Position numbers and translations under genes: made by a program. Below the pieces are notes generated by a model. That model saw only the letters and a list, made by a program, of their open reading frames with translations, was not told the DNA's origin and ran no database searches. 64,000 nt of DNA, taken from NCBI GenBank assembly GCA_013239625.1, contig MU054212.1, forward strand, positions 6,980,270 through 7,044,269. The letters run 5' to 3'. The DNA comes from Lama guanicoe. Lineage: Eukaryota. Of this stretch, positions 27,576 through 41,500 are shown piece by piece (positions within the stretch are counted from its first letter, which is position 1; each line of letters begins with the position of its first letter).

Positions 27576-27718
27576 CTGTAGCCTTCTATGCTTATTTTAT
27601 CTTTAATAATATCCTTTTCCATGTCTTCTCTAATTTGTTTAGCATTCAATTTGGCTTTTTTGAGATTTTCTATGGTTTCTTCAAGTTCTCCATGAACTTG
27701 TCTGTATAGTTCCATTGC
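27576..27718 (-). CDS. CCDC178: CCDC178 coding exon, 143 nt, phase 0/2
   Basis: tttctag|GCAATGGAA...GGCTACAG|gtaagt; encodes AMELYRQVHGELEETIENLKKAKLNAKQIREDMEKDIIKDKISIEGY(R). Confidence 0.95.
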
Positions 27719-29534
27719 CTAGAAATAAAAAAAGTTTGCTAATATATGCACTAATTGGTTAATTAAAATAATCAGATGAGGAAGATCAGAGAAAGGACTC
27801 AGAGTAGTTTTGATTAGATTATAAATGTTCTTTATATCGATTTTTTCCCGGATTTAGTCTATTGTTTAGCACAACAGAATTGTAGGTTTCTTTTACCTTA
27901 CAAGGCATCAATACTAGAAATGTAGAAGTTACTGAGTAACTTCAATATCCCAATGAACGTGACCAAAATAAAATTATCTTTCCACCCACAAAAAACTACA
28001 ACTTTTTATTGTTCAAATAATACATTATTGTAGAAAAATCAGAAAACACAAATGAATAAAGAACATTTTTAAAATCACTTATAATCTTCTCACTCATGAA
28101 TAAAATAAAAATGCTGGCAAAAATGTGAGGTATATCAGGTGGGACTGGTTGTGATTATAGAAGAAAAAAGCCAAGTATACAAAACTGTAGTTTATTTTTC
28201 TCTCTCAGAAATAGAAACAAGGGTCCTCTGGGCTTTCTATTCAGCCATCCTAAATACCGGCTTCCATTCCCAAGATTACTTTGTGCTATAAAATGGAAGT
28301 TAGAGCTACAGATACATCTGGGTTAGTCCATTTTAGAAAGCTTTCCTAAAAACTCCTATATTACTCCGACCCACAACTCATTAGAAATACCACAAGAAAG
28401 GGGAAACTGGGAAACGAATTTTAGCCTGACACAATGACATCCAGCCATAGAAAAGGGGCCTACTATTAAGAAAGGACAGTACTAGAATCCACTGGTCCAT
28501 GGTGGAGAAATCGGAGTCTCCAGCACTGCTACTACTTCAGTAATATAAACAGTTAGAGACGCTTTGGAGACCAGCATGGTTTTATCTAATGAAGTTGAAA
28601 ATGGATATAACCCATGACTTAGTAAGTCACTAGATACACAGCCAAGAAAAATTCACACAGATAGAGAGAGGAACATGATCACGGCTGCTTATCATTTATA
28701 TTCAAATCAGCACTGTAGCCAAATGCTGGAAACAACTCAGATGACCAAGAGAAAATGGTAAATAAGAAATTCTAAGATATCTATTTGATGGAACATGGCA
28801 AATTAAATGAATGAACTAAATCTGCATGTATCAATATTAAATTGACCAAAATAATGTCAGATTAAAAAAACAAATTGCAGAGTTATAAGATTATGACAAT
28901 ATTATAAACAATACTATGTATTGTGCATAAATACATATATAAGTATTATTCAAATTTTGCCTAGAAACAAAATTTCATGATGAGGCTGTCTATGAAGAAC
29001 GAGGGAGGAAAATGGAAAGAATAGAGGCATTTAACAACTTACATTACTTCACTTTACATAATCAAAAACAAACATGATACAAAGTTAAATTTGTTCATTT
29101 AGTGGCAAGTATAAATAATTTACTTTTCTATAATAAGATCCCACAACAGCAGAGTTAAATTTCATTAATCATTAAAAAGACCTTACACTTCAGTTACATA
29201 TTTTCATCTACAATGAAACTGATATATTCTACTTACATTATTCCTTAGTTTGATTTACAGCTTCAATTAATACCATGTTACTTAAAATCTCCAAAATTTT
29301 ATTAGTAGACTGACTAAATATTATTAACATCCTAAGTATAAAAGTAAGGAAAGAAGACACAGTTTAAATGACTACCAATCAATTGTACCCTGTATAGTTT
29401 AATAATTCCTTTAGGAAATAAATAGCAGGTTAATTTTAAATGAAAATGAAATCTTTAAGGATATGTTAATTTCTCATAGTTGAAACCTTTATAACTAAGT
29501 TAACAATCTGTAAAATGCACATTAATTCATTTAC

Positions 29535-29755
29535 CTCAAATTTTTTCTGATAAAATTCCCTCAGAGCTTCAAGTTCATAATCCCGCTTTGAGAGCAGCAG
29601 AGGGCGATATTTATTCATGTAGTCTACGTCTTCTCGAAGCTTTGTATTAGCTTCTTCTAATTTTGCCTTTTGTTCCTCAAGACATTTTACTTGATGAGTT
29701 TCACTTTCAAGATGCCATCGTAATTCTATAATATCTCTCAAATAGGCCTCGTGCT
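29535..29755 (-). CDS. CCDC178: CCDC178 coding exon, 221 nt, phase 1/0
   Basis: gcctag|AGCACGAG...TTTGAG|gtaaat; encodes (E)HEAYLRDIIELRWHLESETHQVKCLEEQKAKLEEANTKLREDVDYMNKYRPLLLSKRDYELEALREFYQKKFE. Overlaps ORF 29466..29741. Confidence 0.96.
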
Positions 29756-30329
29756 CTAGGCATACAATGATGATAATAAAAGAAAATCAGATTGTAAAAT
29801 AAAAGCTTCTGAAGGACATCTTTACTTGGTAATAGATAAATATGAAATATTTTCATGTCAGCAATTACTTATCTGCAAATCTTGCTAAACTTAAAATTAG
29901 TTATTTTAATATTGCATTATAAAAATATGTTGCTTTCTTCATTCAGCATTAAATGGATTAAAATATATAAAAATCACCAGAAAATTATAAAAATAACTCA
30001 TATAAAAATAGTACACAAAATAATGTTCACTACAAAAATAAAAATTAAGTAGAAAACAGAATAATCTCACTCACAAAGCAAAATTAAAACAAATTAAGAT
30101 GCACAGGTCTAGTAATAAGCCTAACATAAATTGTGCAAGACCTATAGGAAAAAAATGACAAAATGCTATCAAACAATAGAAAAATAAATTTGAATATACG
30201 GATAAAAACTTTTGGTTCTGTGTAAAAATATTTGAAATTATAAATACAAAAATTCCCCTCAATTAATTTATAAATTAAACTAAATGTCAATTAACAGACT
30301 AGGACAATTTTAGAGAAACTAGATAAAAA

Positions 30330-31900
30330 ATTTCTTCATTACATTAATAAAATTTCTAAGGTTAACCTAACTTTGCATTCTGGGACTAAAATTACATTGG
30401 CTATGTTGGGGTTCTTTTTCTCTTTTTAAAATAAATTTCTTGATGAATTTTACTGATATATTCATTGAGGATATTTTGCATTTATACTCATGAATTCAGC
30501 CTTTCCATGTTTGTATTATCCTCATCAAATTTGCTTTATAATTTATGCCAGCTTCTTATATCAGTTGTAGTTTGTTTTATTTCTATTCTTTAGGATTTTG
30601 TGGAGGTTTGAAATTAACATGTTTCATACTATTGTCCCAGTATGTATGTATGTATGTGTGTATTTTGCAGGGAAGGATTTTTAGTTATTAAGTCAACATC
30701 TTTCCTTTAATGGCTATACGTATATTTGGGTTATCTATTTATATATCAATCCATTTTTCCTGTGAATTCATCCAGTTCATCAAAGTTTCAATAATATTCT
30801 GAGACATTTGTTCTGATTACCTTCACTTTTATTAATCACTGCTACATTTTTATGTACCATTTTCATTCCTAATTGGATTTAGTTATATATTTTCTGTGTT
30901 CTTAATGAATCCTGTTACTGATTTTCTATTATTCTTTTTTTCATCATTCTCTTTTTAGTAAGCCAACACTCATTAGCTTTGCGTATCTTCTGAATTATAT
31001 AAATTTCATCATTTAGCCATTTTGTTATTGGTTTTCTGCTTTTTCTTTTGTATTTATTTTGCTTTCACTTTTCTAAATTCTGAAGTCATATTTCAAAACT
31101 ATGAATCCATCTTCTTTCCTGATATAATAAAACTATTGATTTTCCTTTATATGACTTACCTTTTTTTTCACTCAAGGGAAGATAATTTTAAAAAGTTTTA
31201 TTGATACAGTTTTAAATGTTTTCTAATTCCTTGAATTTGTGCAATGTTTGACACTATCCACATTTTTACTGTTATTATTAATGAGACAGTAGTATTTTTG
31301 CTTTAAAAAGTCAGTCACCATTTTTTCAGCATTACATCATCTCCATGATGATCTTCTATTAGATATTCATCATACCTTCTCATTTTATATTCTACGCTGT
31401 TGAATATTTTATTTATATTTCCTTCTCCTTGTGTGGCTGTAATGTATTCCATGTAATTTCTTCAAAGTTTACAGCTATTACTTATCCCTTCCTTAGTCTA
31501 ACAGACCATTTAGCCAATCACTGAGTTACTAATTTTGAGTAACATATTTTTAATTTCTAGTGAGGCTTTTTACTTACATTTTTGCTTTCTTTTAAAATAG
31601 TCTTTTAGTTCTTTTTATTTTCAAACATCTCTTTTTATTTCTTGAGACATATTAAACATACTCATTTTATAATCTCATGTATAATACAGTAATTGAAAAC
31701 CCTTTGAGTAAGACTTTGCTGTTTCTACCAACTCACACTCTTTGAATCTGTAGCTTTGTGTTTTATGATATTTGATACTCAGCTATTCCTTATCTTGAAA
31801 TTTTATTTGGTATCTAGATTGAGGTTTCAGTCTTCAAGAAAAAAAATCTGTCTTTGCTCCTGAAGATGCTTAGCTTTACTACCATCTCACAGAACATTTA
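30330..31900 (-). mobile_element. Very old L1 relics (reverse orientation)
   Basis: ctttgcattctgggactaaaattacattgg...gaggatattttgcatttatactcatga, a degenerate antisense ORF2. Confidence 0.5.
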
Positions 31901-32369
31901 AATGACATTCTCCACTTAACTATTTTCAGATACACAGACAGCAGGAATTTCAGTCACAAATCCACTTAGATCACTACATTTAGAATTCTTAGAGAATACT
32001 GTTTGTTTTCCTCCACTGACTAAGTGAAACAAGCCACCTTCTCTGCTATTCAGTCTGAGCAACAGGTTTATTCATGATTTACGCTTGCACTGGAGATGGA
32101 GATCTTTGTTTCTCATCTTCATGTCATGACTTCTAACTGGACCTGTCATTTGGGTGAGCCTTAGGCTTTATCCCCAGGCTCCTGTACCAAATAGATATAT
32201 TGAAATGGGAACCAAAGGATATCAGGGTTTCAAGGATTCCTTCAAGGCTAAATCTGACATTGGTGCTCCAAAAAATTCCATCCCAAACTTAAATGTTGGT
32301 CGTAACGCATTTCTTAATTTATTGAGAGCTTGTCAGGATATTTCATAGGATTTTTAGCAATAAAATACA

Positions 32370-32515
32370 TGATGAGCCCAGCCCATCAGATCTGCAGCTT
32401 GAAGAAGATCCTCCTTAGCCCACCCACAGAGCCATAAACAAAATGCTTATTGTAAGCCACTGAGTTCCAAAGTCATTGGCTACAAAGCATTACTACAGTA
32501 ATAGCTAATTAATTC
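32370..32515 (+). mobile_element. MLT1-family LTR 3' fragment
   Basis: aaatgcttattgtaagccactgagtt...ttggctacaaagcattactacagtaatagctaattaat. Confidence 0.6.
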
Positions 32516-33229
32516 ATATGACAAAGCAATTTGTTGAAACAAAACAAAATAAGAATATTTAACTCAATTAATTAATTCTATTAATTCCTAAGATATTCTT
32601 CCATGGTAGAGGCACTCTTGTGAGCATTTATATGGGACACAATTATCTTCATACTCCATCCTTTCTAAAAGGTTAATCCCCAAAACTCCCTCCCAGACTT
32701 CTTTTCACCAGTCTTACATTCATGTTCTTTCCAGCTACCTGACCACTGTGTCTTCCCTTTTGCCACTTTCCATCTATACCCCAGGCCATTTCTCCTTCAA
32801 GATGATTTGCCTCCACCTTTCTCAAACTGAGGTTGTACTATGGCAGCTCCCCAAACTATGTCAACATACAATTCAAATCCATTCATAAACCGAGGCTGTG
32901 AATTTTTCTCTCCCTTTAGATGGTCATAGGAAAGTATGAGGAGCCATAAATGTAAGTTAAGGGAAAGACAGGGAAGCTACAAAAGCAGGTACAATGGAAG
33001 TACCAGGGGAATTTGAGTCATTAGTTTATTTGTGCCTTCAGATTCTTCAGAAGAGTAATGTATGTATTCTTATTTTATAAGAAAACATTGCTATGCACAT
33101 CCAATTTTATAATTTGTAGGATCAAAGAACACCCATTCATGGTGAAAAACTTATTTCTGGTTAACTTTTTTGATAGGGAAAAGAAAAGGCAGTTGTTAGA
33201 TTATTGGCTGCATATCAGATGTCAAGGGC

Positions 33230-33490
33230 TGTTATACCGGGGAGGGGAATGCAGTGAGCAAGCAGAAAGGAAGGCAGTCAAGGGTATAAATACCCCAGCC
33301 TCACCGATCCATTATCTCCCATGGTCTCTTGACACTGATTCCCACTGGCTGAACCCAGCAGGAAGAGAGTGCAAAAGCTCTCTTTAATGCAGTCTATTAT
33401 AAAGCAGCCTTATGGGTCACAATACAAGCATGGGTGGGATGATTAGGGGAATGGATGGATTTGAAGAAGGAACCACAAGCTATCTAGAAA
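33230..33490 (-). mobile_element. ERVL LTR33-like relic
   Basis: tcccactggctgaacccagcaggaag...atgcagtcta...cagcct...ggatttgaagaagga resembles LTR33 in reverse. Confidence 0.6.
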
Positions 33491-34304
33491 GAAGTAAATT
33501 TCCATAATTTTACTCAAAAAATTACCAAAACTTCTACAAACATTATGCTTAATGTCAAGGCTGTTAAGGATTTTAGATTCTAATGATTGTAAAAATATAC
33601 GAATCTATAATTTGTAAACAAATTCATAAAATTTCGAGATTATATCCCAAATATCTTAATATAAAGACAGAAAAGGTATATAAATTACTACATTAGTAGA
33701 ATATTCACATCATAAATACTATTTAAAAAACCTCATGAATCAGAACAAACTCACTCCAAACTCAAATTATTTTATATTTATAAACAGCTGTAGATATCAA
33801 ATATTTTATGAAATGTATCACTTTAAAATGTGGGTAGAAAAAGGTGTACTCTTACCTGAGTTTAGAGTGCTTTTTGCATAATTTTTATAGTTAACTCTTC
33901 AGTAAAGAGTGACAATGACATTTTACTAAACAAAGACTGGGTTAGATTTACTCCCAGCCTAGGTTCCAGGCTCATTTCCTGGTTCTTAAATTCTGCTCCA
34001 TAAGGGAGTGAACAAATGGAGAGTTTAAGCTGTGAGCTCGGTATTACTTTAAAAGGAGGAAAGAACCATTAAACCTACAATTAATTGATCTATATATAAA
34101 TTGATCAGCCAAAATGAAATAAAACCAGCCCTCAACATTGACTTTTCTACTATGACTACTACTACTGACAAGGAAGGGCCTCCCGAACAATTAGGAAACT
34201 TGCAGATGGTTCTTTGTGGATGTGAATGTGAATCTGCTCAACAATCTACTGGGATCCAGAATTTCCCAGGATGACTGTAATCTCAGTTGCCTCTAAAACA
34301 CCAT

Positions 34305-34341
34305 ATGTATGTATGTATGTATGTATGTATGTGTGTGTGTA
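34305..34341. repeat. (TATG)n/(TG)n microsatellite
   Basis: atgtatgtatgtatgtatgtatgtatgtgtgtgtgt. Confidence 0.9.
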
Positions 34342-35294
34342 TAACTGAGGAACCATCTCATTTTTTTCCTGCAGCTTCCTGAACTGTGTACACTGTACTT
34401 TGGAGACTACAGTTTTAGAAGACGTATAATATTATAACAAAGGTGTACGTATGGGTTTAGTTTGACACATAATTTGAATGAATGGCTACTGTCCCAGAGT
34501 AATAATTAATGGCACCCTTTTTTCTCTCAAAGGTGTCTTGGTCTAAATCATGGGTTATATGGGCACCCTAATACAACCCATTTATAAAGCACATGAATCT
34601 TGAATTAAAATTGTTCCCCTCTGATAACATAAAAAGCTTCCAGCCTCAGCAGGATAAGGAAGTCTGACAAACTTGATAAACCCAGTGACTGGAGAATAAA
34701 AAATCAAGTACCTCAAGATTGTTTAATACTTTACCACAGGTCCCTCACTCTGTTGCCTAAAAGACAACATTTCCTTTTTAAACACGTGTTACCTCCGTGA
34801 CTTCTGGAAACATCTTAAATTTCATTGCATGCTATAAGTTCCCAAAGCAAACTTACTACTGAATTCTCAAAAGCATATACATGTAGTTCCTAAAATATCA
34901 CTTAGAATTCTCTCATTTTCCTAGATTTAAAGATGTGGCTGATGACACCAAGTGGCAATCACTTTAAATTTCTAAATTTCTAGCAACTGAAATATTGTAG
35001 TCATTATAGGAAATATGTGCCAAATGTTTGCATGCCCTTTGGGTACTACAAACTCCATGGGATTTCTGACAAACACCAAATGACAGGAGATCCCAGGTTT
35101 CCTCAGTGCAGTCCCAATTTATGTCTGTGAACTCGGCATTATCATTAATCGCATCTTTCAAAGATGCACTGATTTGCATGAAAAATAATATGGTCACTCT
35201 AAGCAGAGGTAGTTTTTCTTTATTCAGTGCATCAGCTGGCCATTTATGTCTCTCCAACAAAGAAAACGGCAATATGAAAAATTCTTATTATTAC

Positions 35295-35495
35295 CTTTCT
35301 GCACAGCTAACGGGATCTCTTGAAGTTTCCAGATTGACCAAGAATCAATTTGCATGTTAATATTTTTCCTTCTTGATTTTTGTTGTTTTAAAGCTTCTTC
35401 AGCTTCTGCACGGTCAGTTTCTAGACTTTTAATGAGATAGATTGCTTCTGATAGCAATGTTTCCATTTCCTGCTTTAATTCTGGACACTTTTCAT
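35295..35495 (-). CDS. CCDC178: CCDC178 coding exon, 201 nt, phase 1/1
   Basis: ctcttttaag|ATGAAAAGTGT...CAGAAAG|gtaata; encodes (D)EKCPELKQEMETLLSEAIYLIKSLETDRAEAEEALKQQKSRRKNINMQIDSWSIWKLQEIPLAVQK. Overlaps ORF 35224..35466. Confidence 0.97.
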
Positions 35496-37364
35496 CTTAA
35501 AAGAGAAATATGTATTCACATTTGTTAATGAATCAGCCTATAAGCTAAATGGTGGGAACATAGGTACTACCTGAATTGCTATCTTTTTAATATTTATATG
35601 TTTAATAAGAGAATTTTAGAAAAATGAATTAGCCTTTTAAAGGCAGTTATCATAATATAATCATAACTTTAATTATAACCTTTGAAGATAAATTTAGAAA
35701 TGAATATTTTATAAAATAATTAGAATAACTAAGTCTCAACCATTATCTTCATATGTAATTTTTTTTTCTGAAGGGAAAAACACATGTTCTATTCACAGGC
35801 TGTATTATAGAGCTTTATTTTGAAATTATGCTTATGTTTCCTCCCATTCTATGAGAAAAGCAAATCATACTGACTATATCAGATAAATACTGAAAGTCCT
35901 CAAATGGTTCTAGAAAAAAGACACTTTATTCTTTATCTTATCAGATAATAAGAACCTAGTTAGCATTGCCAGAAAGTCATCATTATTTCCAAATTCTATT
36001 TATTCAGTTATAATACAAATGAGCTCCTTTAATGAGAAATATTTGTGTTCACTAAGAAAGACAGATATGGGCCCCATCTTGTGAGATATATACTTGTAAA
36101 CAGTGGCTTCTGCCAAAATGTGACTTGACAAGAAGACATAAACAAACACCAAGTGTCAAGAAAGGCAAAGCCTCCGAAGAGCTGAAGCTGGAGGAAAAAC
36201 TGTGAAACTGGATCAAGAAGAAAGGCAACTAACAGGCCTTTGTTTTGTTTTACTTCTGGTCAATAAACACATTAATTTTCTGCCAGAAGGTAGTATTACA
36301 CAGTGGTTATTAGTGCAAGCTTAGCAGTTACACAGTTTCTACTTCTAATCTAGTGGGCATGTCAAAGAAATTCAGCATGTGCCTGTAAAGAATTCTTGAG
36401 AAACAGATTTTTCTACTGTAGTGCATCAAATCATATTCTCCTGGGCTGGTCCTTTACTTGGGTTCTATTTATTTGGTCTACTGTCTTCTTTTTTCAAATT
36501 CTACCATATTCTGGACACTTCATATTCTTAACTGTCTGTTCTTTATGACAACCATATACTTTGAACACTGTAATACTTCGGGCAACTTATGATCCATTCA
36601 AATTTTATAACAAGATTTCAGTCTGAAACACATGAGGAAGTTAATGCCACTTAAAATTGAAGCACTGGATATATATGTTTTACCAAAGGTGTCCATTATG
36701 TCTGTACAAGGTGTCTTTCATGTTTCTGTAATAGCAGTCTAAAATAAATGCTGCATGTACAACTTGGGGTAACTCCAATTCATTCTATTTAACATCTCTG
36801 TCAATTTTTTTCCAGAATACCATCTCAACCAGTTTTACTATTTCATATTAAGTGAGAAACTACTGGCATTTTTCTGTTAGCATAAACAATTACAATAAAT
36901 CTTTCTCACCCTGATGCTGTCTTATGTTTTAGAGTCAAATATACATGTTTATAATAAACATAATTGTAGTTAACTTAGCTGTTATTGTGACTATTAACAC
37001 ATTGATCCTTTTTCCTAGAATTTGTCATGTGAAAAATTAAGAAATAGTGAATGAGGTTTTCATCTTCATTATAAACATAAACAGTGAAAAGGAAAATAGT
37101 AAAAACAGAACCTCACTATGAATCACGGCTCTGAATAACAAAATATTTACGCTTCTCAAAAGTCCTGAGTTATTAGTTATCCTTCACTAGAAGAAGGTGT
37201 TTAACAACTTTCCATGGCAAGAGTAGGAGGAAGTGTTTAATATAATGTCAAGAATATATTCAAATATGTTGAAATAATTTTAACACACTTTTTATACCAG
37301 AATATAAATTATTTTACATTTTGTAAATTGTGACAAGAATATTTGTCTTAATTTATACAGATAG

Positions 37365-37576
37365 TAACGCTGTAATGTCCAATATAGTAGCCATGAACCA
37401 CATGAAACTATTTACATTTAAACATTGGTTAAAGTTAAACTTGAAAATTAAATTCTTCAGCCTCACTAGCTACATTTTAAGTGCTCAATCGCTGGATGTG
37501 CCTAGTAGCTACCCTACTGGACAGCAAAGACATGGAACACTTCTACTACCACAGAAAGTTCTACTGGACAGCACTG
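37365..37576. mobile_element. MER3-like hAT-Charlie non-autonomous DNA transposon
   Basis: About 210 bp; tgtccaatatagtagcca...ccacatg; ends acagaaagttctactggacagcactg, consistent with terminal inverted repeats. Confidence 0.8.
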
Positions 37577-37830
37577 AATTACAGTTAGCAGCCTGAGAAG
37601 TGAGCAGGGATCATTATACACTCAGGACTTAGAGCAGTATATGGTATAAAACAGTAAAAGTGTTTGTTGAATAAACATTTAATCAAATGATACAGAAGGT
37701 TCTCTATTAGACACTCTCAAGAATGATGAAACTCTTCTTATATACAATTCTTGTGGAAGTTAGAAATTTATAAATAAAAGATCATGAGTTTTTAAATAAC
37801 GCACTTATCTAATATGAGGTACAACTTTAC

Positions 37831-37913
37831 CTCTCAATTCTGGTTTGACCTCTTTCACTAGTGTAGCAACACTTTGATCTTCTTTCAGGTCTTTTGTGGA
37901 AGAAGTACTGCTC
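37831..37913 (-). CDS. CCDC178: CCDC178 coding exon, 83 nt, phase 2/1
   Basis: tataaag|GAGCAGTACT...TTGAGAG|gtaaag; encodes (W)SSTSSTKDLKEDQSVATLVKEVKPELR(D). Confidence 0.92.
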
Positions 37914-38544
37914 CTTTATAATGAGAAAGAAGCCACCAATTACTAAAGGAGGGCTGTATTTAAAGTTAGTAAAAAAAAATTTAGGTGATGCTTTTACATT
38001 GAATTTTACATGTTAGTGATGAAACTTACTATACATGCAAATGCTACATATAGATTAATAAAGCAAAATTCTAATAGGTAATGGACTTTATATTTCAGGG
38101 TAATTAGAATAGAAATTAAAAATTTGTTACACACGACTTGAAATTTCGGAGGGGATAGTAAGGAAGTATTTTTAAAAATGAAATTCATCTTTTCTATACA
38201 CTGTTGCTATCAGAAAAAAGAGTTTATTGGAAATATTTCAAGAGCTATTTCTCTAATTTCAGTTTAGTAGTTTCTGAGGAGCCAACATAAATGGCAAGGA
38301 GCAAAGTGTTACTTCACTTTTGAAGTTAATATGGTTTTAGAAAAATGTCCAAAATAAAATGTTGTATCTTTTCTAAAAAATCTTTCTAAGCTAAAGTTCT
38401 ATATACTAAAAAAAAAAAAAAAATTATCAATACTTCTCTGGTACAATTCTTGGATCCTAGACAAATTTTCATTGTATTTTTTTAAGAAGTACTCTTCCTG
38501 TGATAAAAGTTGTAAGAAAACAGATATCAACAACAAAGCAGGGA

Positions 38545-41500
38545 AGTTTCACTTCATCCATGTGATAGTGTGTACGAGAACATTCCAGTTTACAGTTGAA
38601 TAATATTCCATTGCACAAACATACCACCCCTTATTTATCTATGAGTCCACTGAAGGATCGGAGGTTTCCACCTTTGGCTACTGTAAATAATGATGACGTG
38701 GATATTTGCATTCAAGTTTTGGTTTGAGTACCCGTCTTGAAATTTTTTGCATATGGATGGGTCATATGGTAATCCTACATTTAACTTTCTGAGGAACCAC
38801 CAGACCATTTTTCACAGTGGTAGAATCATTTCACATTCCCACTAGCAATGTACCAGGGTTCCAACGTTCAATAAAAGCGTCTGGATCCAGCATCTTTGTC
38901 TTGATCTGGATCTTAGACTGAAAATTTTCAGTCTATTATCATTAAATAAAATGTCAGTCAAGGATTTCTCATAAATGTCCTTTTCCATGTTTTAGAGTTT
39001 CCTTCCAATCCTAGTTTTTTGAGCGTTTTCATCATGAAAAGGTACTGGATTTTGCCACGTGTTTTCCACAGCAATTGAGATGTTCACATGGGATTCCCCT
39101 CCTCATTTTATTACTATGATGTATTACAATGATTGGTTTTTGTATTTTGAACCGCTCTTACATTCCTAGGATAAATCTTACTTGGTCATGATATATAATT
39201 CTATTAATATGTTGCTGGATTCATGTTGCTAGTGTTTTGTTGAGAATGTTTGCATCTGTATTCATAAATTCATTGATCTACACTTCCTTTTCTTGTGATT
39301 CCTTTATCTGGCTTTATCAGAGTAATGCTGACCTCACAGAATGGGTTACAAAGTGTTCCCTTTTCTTCCATTGTTAAAAAAAAAAAAAGTTTGAGAAGCA
39401 CTAGTATTAATCTTTCTTTCAGTGTTTAGTAGAATTCACCAGTGAAGACATCAGGTCCTGGGCTTTTCCTCCTGTTATTGATTTTTAATTTCACTGAACT
39501 GGATCAGAGAAACACTTTCTATGATTTTAGTATTTTTAATTTTTTGAGATTTTTTAATGTGCTTTAACATATGATCTATCCTGAATAAAGTTCAACGTGA
39601 ATGTGAAAAGAATGTGTTATCTACTGTTGCTGGGTGGAGAGTACTATGTAAGCCAGTTAGGCCTTGATGCTTTTAGTTCTATTCAAGTCTAATTCCTTAT
39701 TAATCTTTTTAGTGCTTTTATCTATTATTGGAAATGGAGGTAATGAATTCTCAAACTCTTAATATAGAACTGTCTACTTCTTTCATTTCTATCAGTTTAT
39801 ACTTCATACATTTTGAGGTTATGTTTTTAGGTATGTATATATTTATAATTTTTATATCTTCTTGATGGAATGGGCCTTTTATCAAGATATCAAGTATTCT
39901 TTGTCCCTTGTAATATGTTTTGGTTTAAAGTCTATTCTGTATTTTATTAATTTAGACACTCAGTCTCTTTTGGTTATCATTTCCTGAAACATATTTTTCT
40001 TCCTTTCACTTTCAACCTACTTGTGTTTTTCAATCTCAAGTGAGTCTCTTATGAACAGCATACAGCTGGATAATGTATTCTTATCCATTCTACCACTACC
40101 TATCTTTTAATAGGAGAGTTTAATTCACTTTCATGAAAAGTAATTACTGACAAGAAAGGACTTACTTCTGTTATTTTGCTAGTTTTCATTTTTTAATTTC
40201 TCCATAACTCTCTTCTTCAGTGATTAGTTGATTTTATTGTTTTAGTTTCCTTTGTATTGGATTTCTGTGTTTTTTTTATTAGAGTTTTTCTTAGTGGTTC
40301 TTTGAAGATTATAATTAACATCTTAACTTCAAAAATTTAAGTATGAATTAAAACCAATGTAGTTTCAATAGTATTAAAAATTCCATTCCTTTACAGCTCT
40401 GCTTCCCCTCTTTATGTTGTCATTTTCACAAATTACACATTTATACATTGTATAGTCATTAATATAGATTTATAGTTAATTTTATCCATTTAATTTTGAT
40501 TAGATAGAAAAATAAAATACATACATAATAAAAATGCAATTATACTGACTTTTGTATTTATCTTCGTAGCTAACTTTGCTGTTGTTATTTCTTCATATGT
40601 CTTCAAGGTACTGTCTAGTAACCTTTCATTTCTGCCTGAAGGGACTACCTGAAGGATTTCTGATAGAACAGGTCTGATAGTGATGGAGCCCCCCCAGGTT
40701 TTGCTTACTGGGGTGGGAGTAGATTAATTTCTTCTTTATTTTTGAAGGACACGTTTTGCAAGACTCAAAATATTGTTTGACAGGTTATTTTCTTCCAGCA
40801 TTTTACATGTCATTCCACTGCCTTCTGTCCTCCATAATTTCCGATGAGAAATTGACTGTTTATTTTATTGATGATCTCTTGTACATGATGAGTCACTTCT
40901 CTCTTGCCACTTTCAAAATACTATCTTTGATCCAGGCTTTCAACAATTTGACTATATTATGTCTTAGTGTGAATCTCTGAGTTTATCCTGCTTAGAGTTC
41001 ATTGAGTTTAGTGGAAGTACAGATTCATTTCTTCCAACAAATTTGAGGAGTTTTCAGCCAATATTTCTTACATGTTCTTTCTTTTTTCTCTCCCTTGTCA
41101 GTCACTTTTGTACTCTAATTATGGGTATATTTGTATTCTTTGTGTACCTTGGATCTAGTAGGCCCTGTTCATTTTTCCGCATTGTTTTACCTTTCTGTTC
41201 CTCAGCCTGAATAATCTCAATTGATCTATCTATATGTTCATTAATTCTTCTGCCTGCCCAAAGCTATTGATGAATTTCTCTAATTTTTCATTTCATTTAT
41301 TTTACCTTTTAGCTCTGGAATGTCTATTTGGTTCTTCCTTATAATTTCTATCTCTTTACTGATATTCTATATGTGTTGAGATATTAGTTTCCTGATTTTG
41401 TTTAGGTCTTTGCCCAACAAATGCAATGTCTGGGCTTCCTCAGGGCCAGTTTCTTTAATTTCTTTTTTTCTTTTTCCTTGTAAATGGGACAAATTTTCTT

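Noticed and set aside
34420..34710. Possible CR1/L3 fragment (and possible hAT relic at about 5870-6170)
   Set aside because: Similarity is too faint to support by eye; it needs a Dfam search.
35224..35466. ORFs 35224..35466, 29466..29741 and 23881..24084 as stand-alone genes
   Set aside because: They are CCDC178 exons read past their splice sites into intron.
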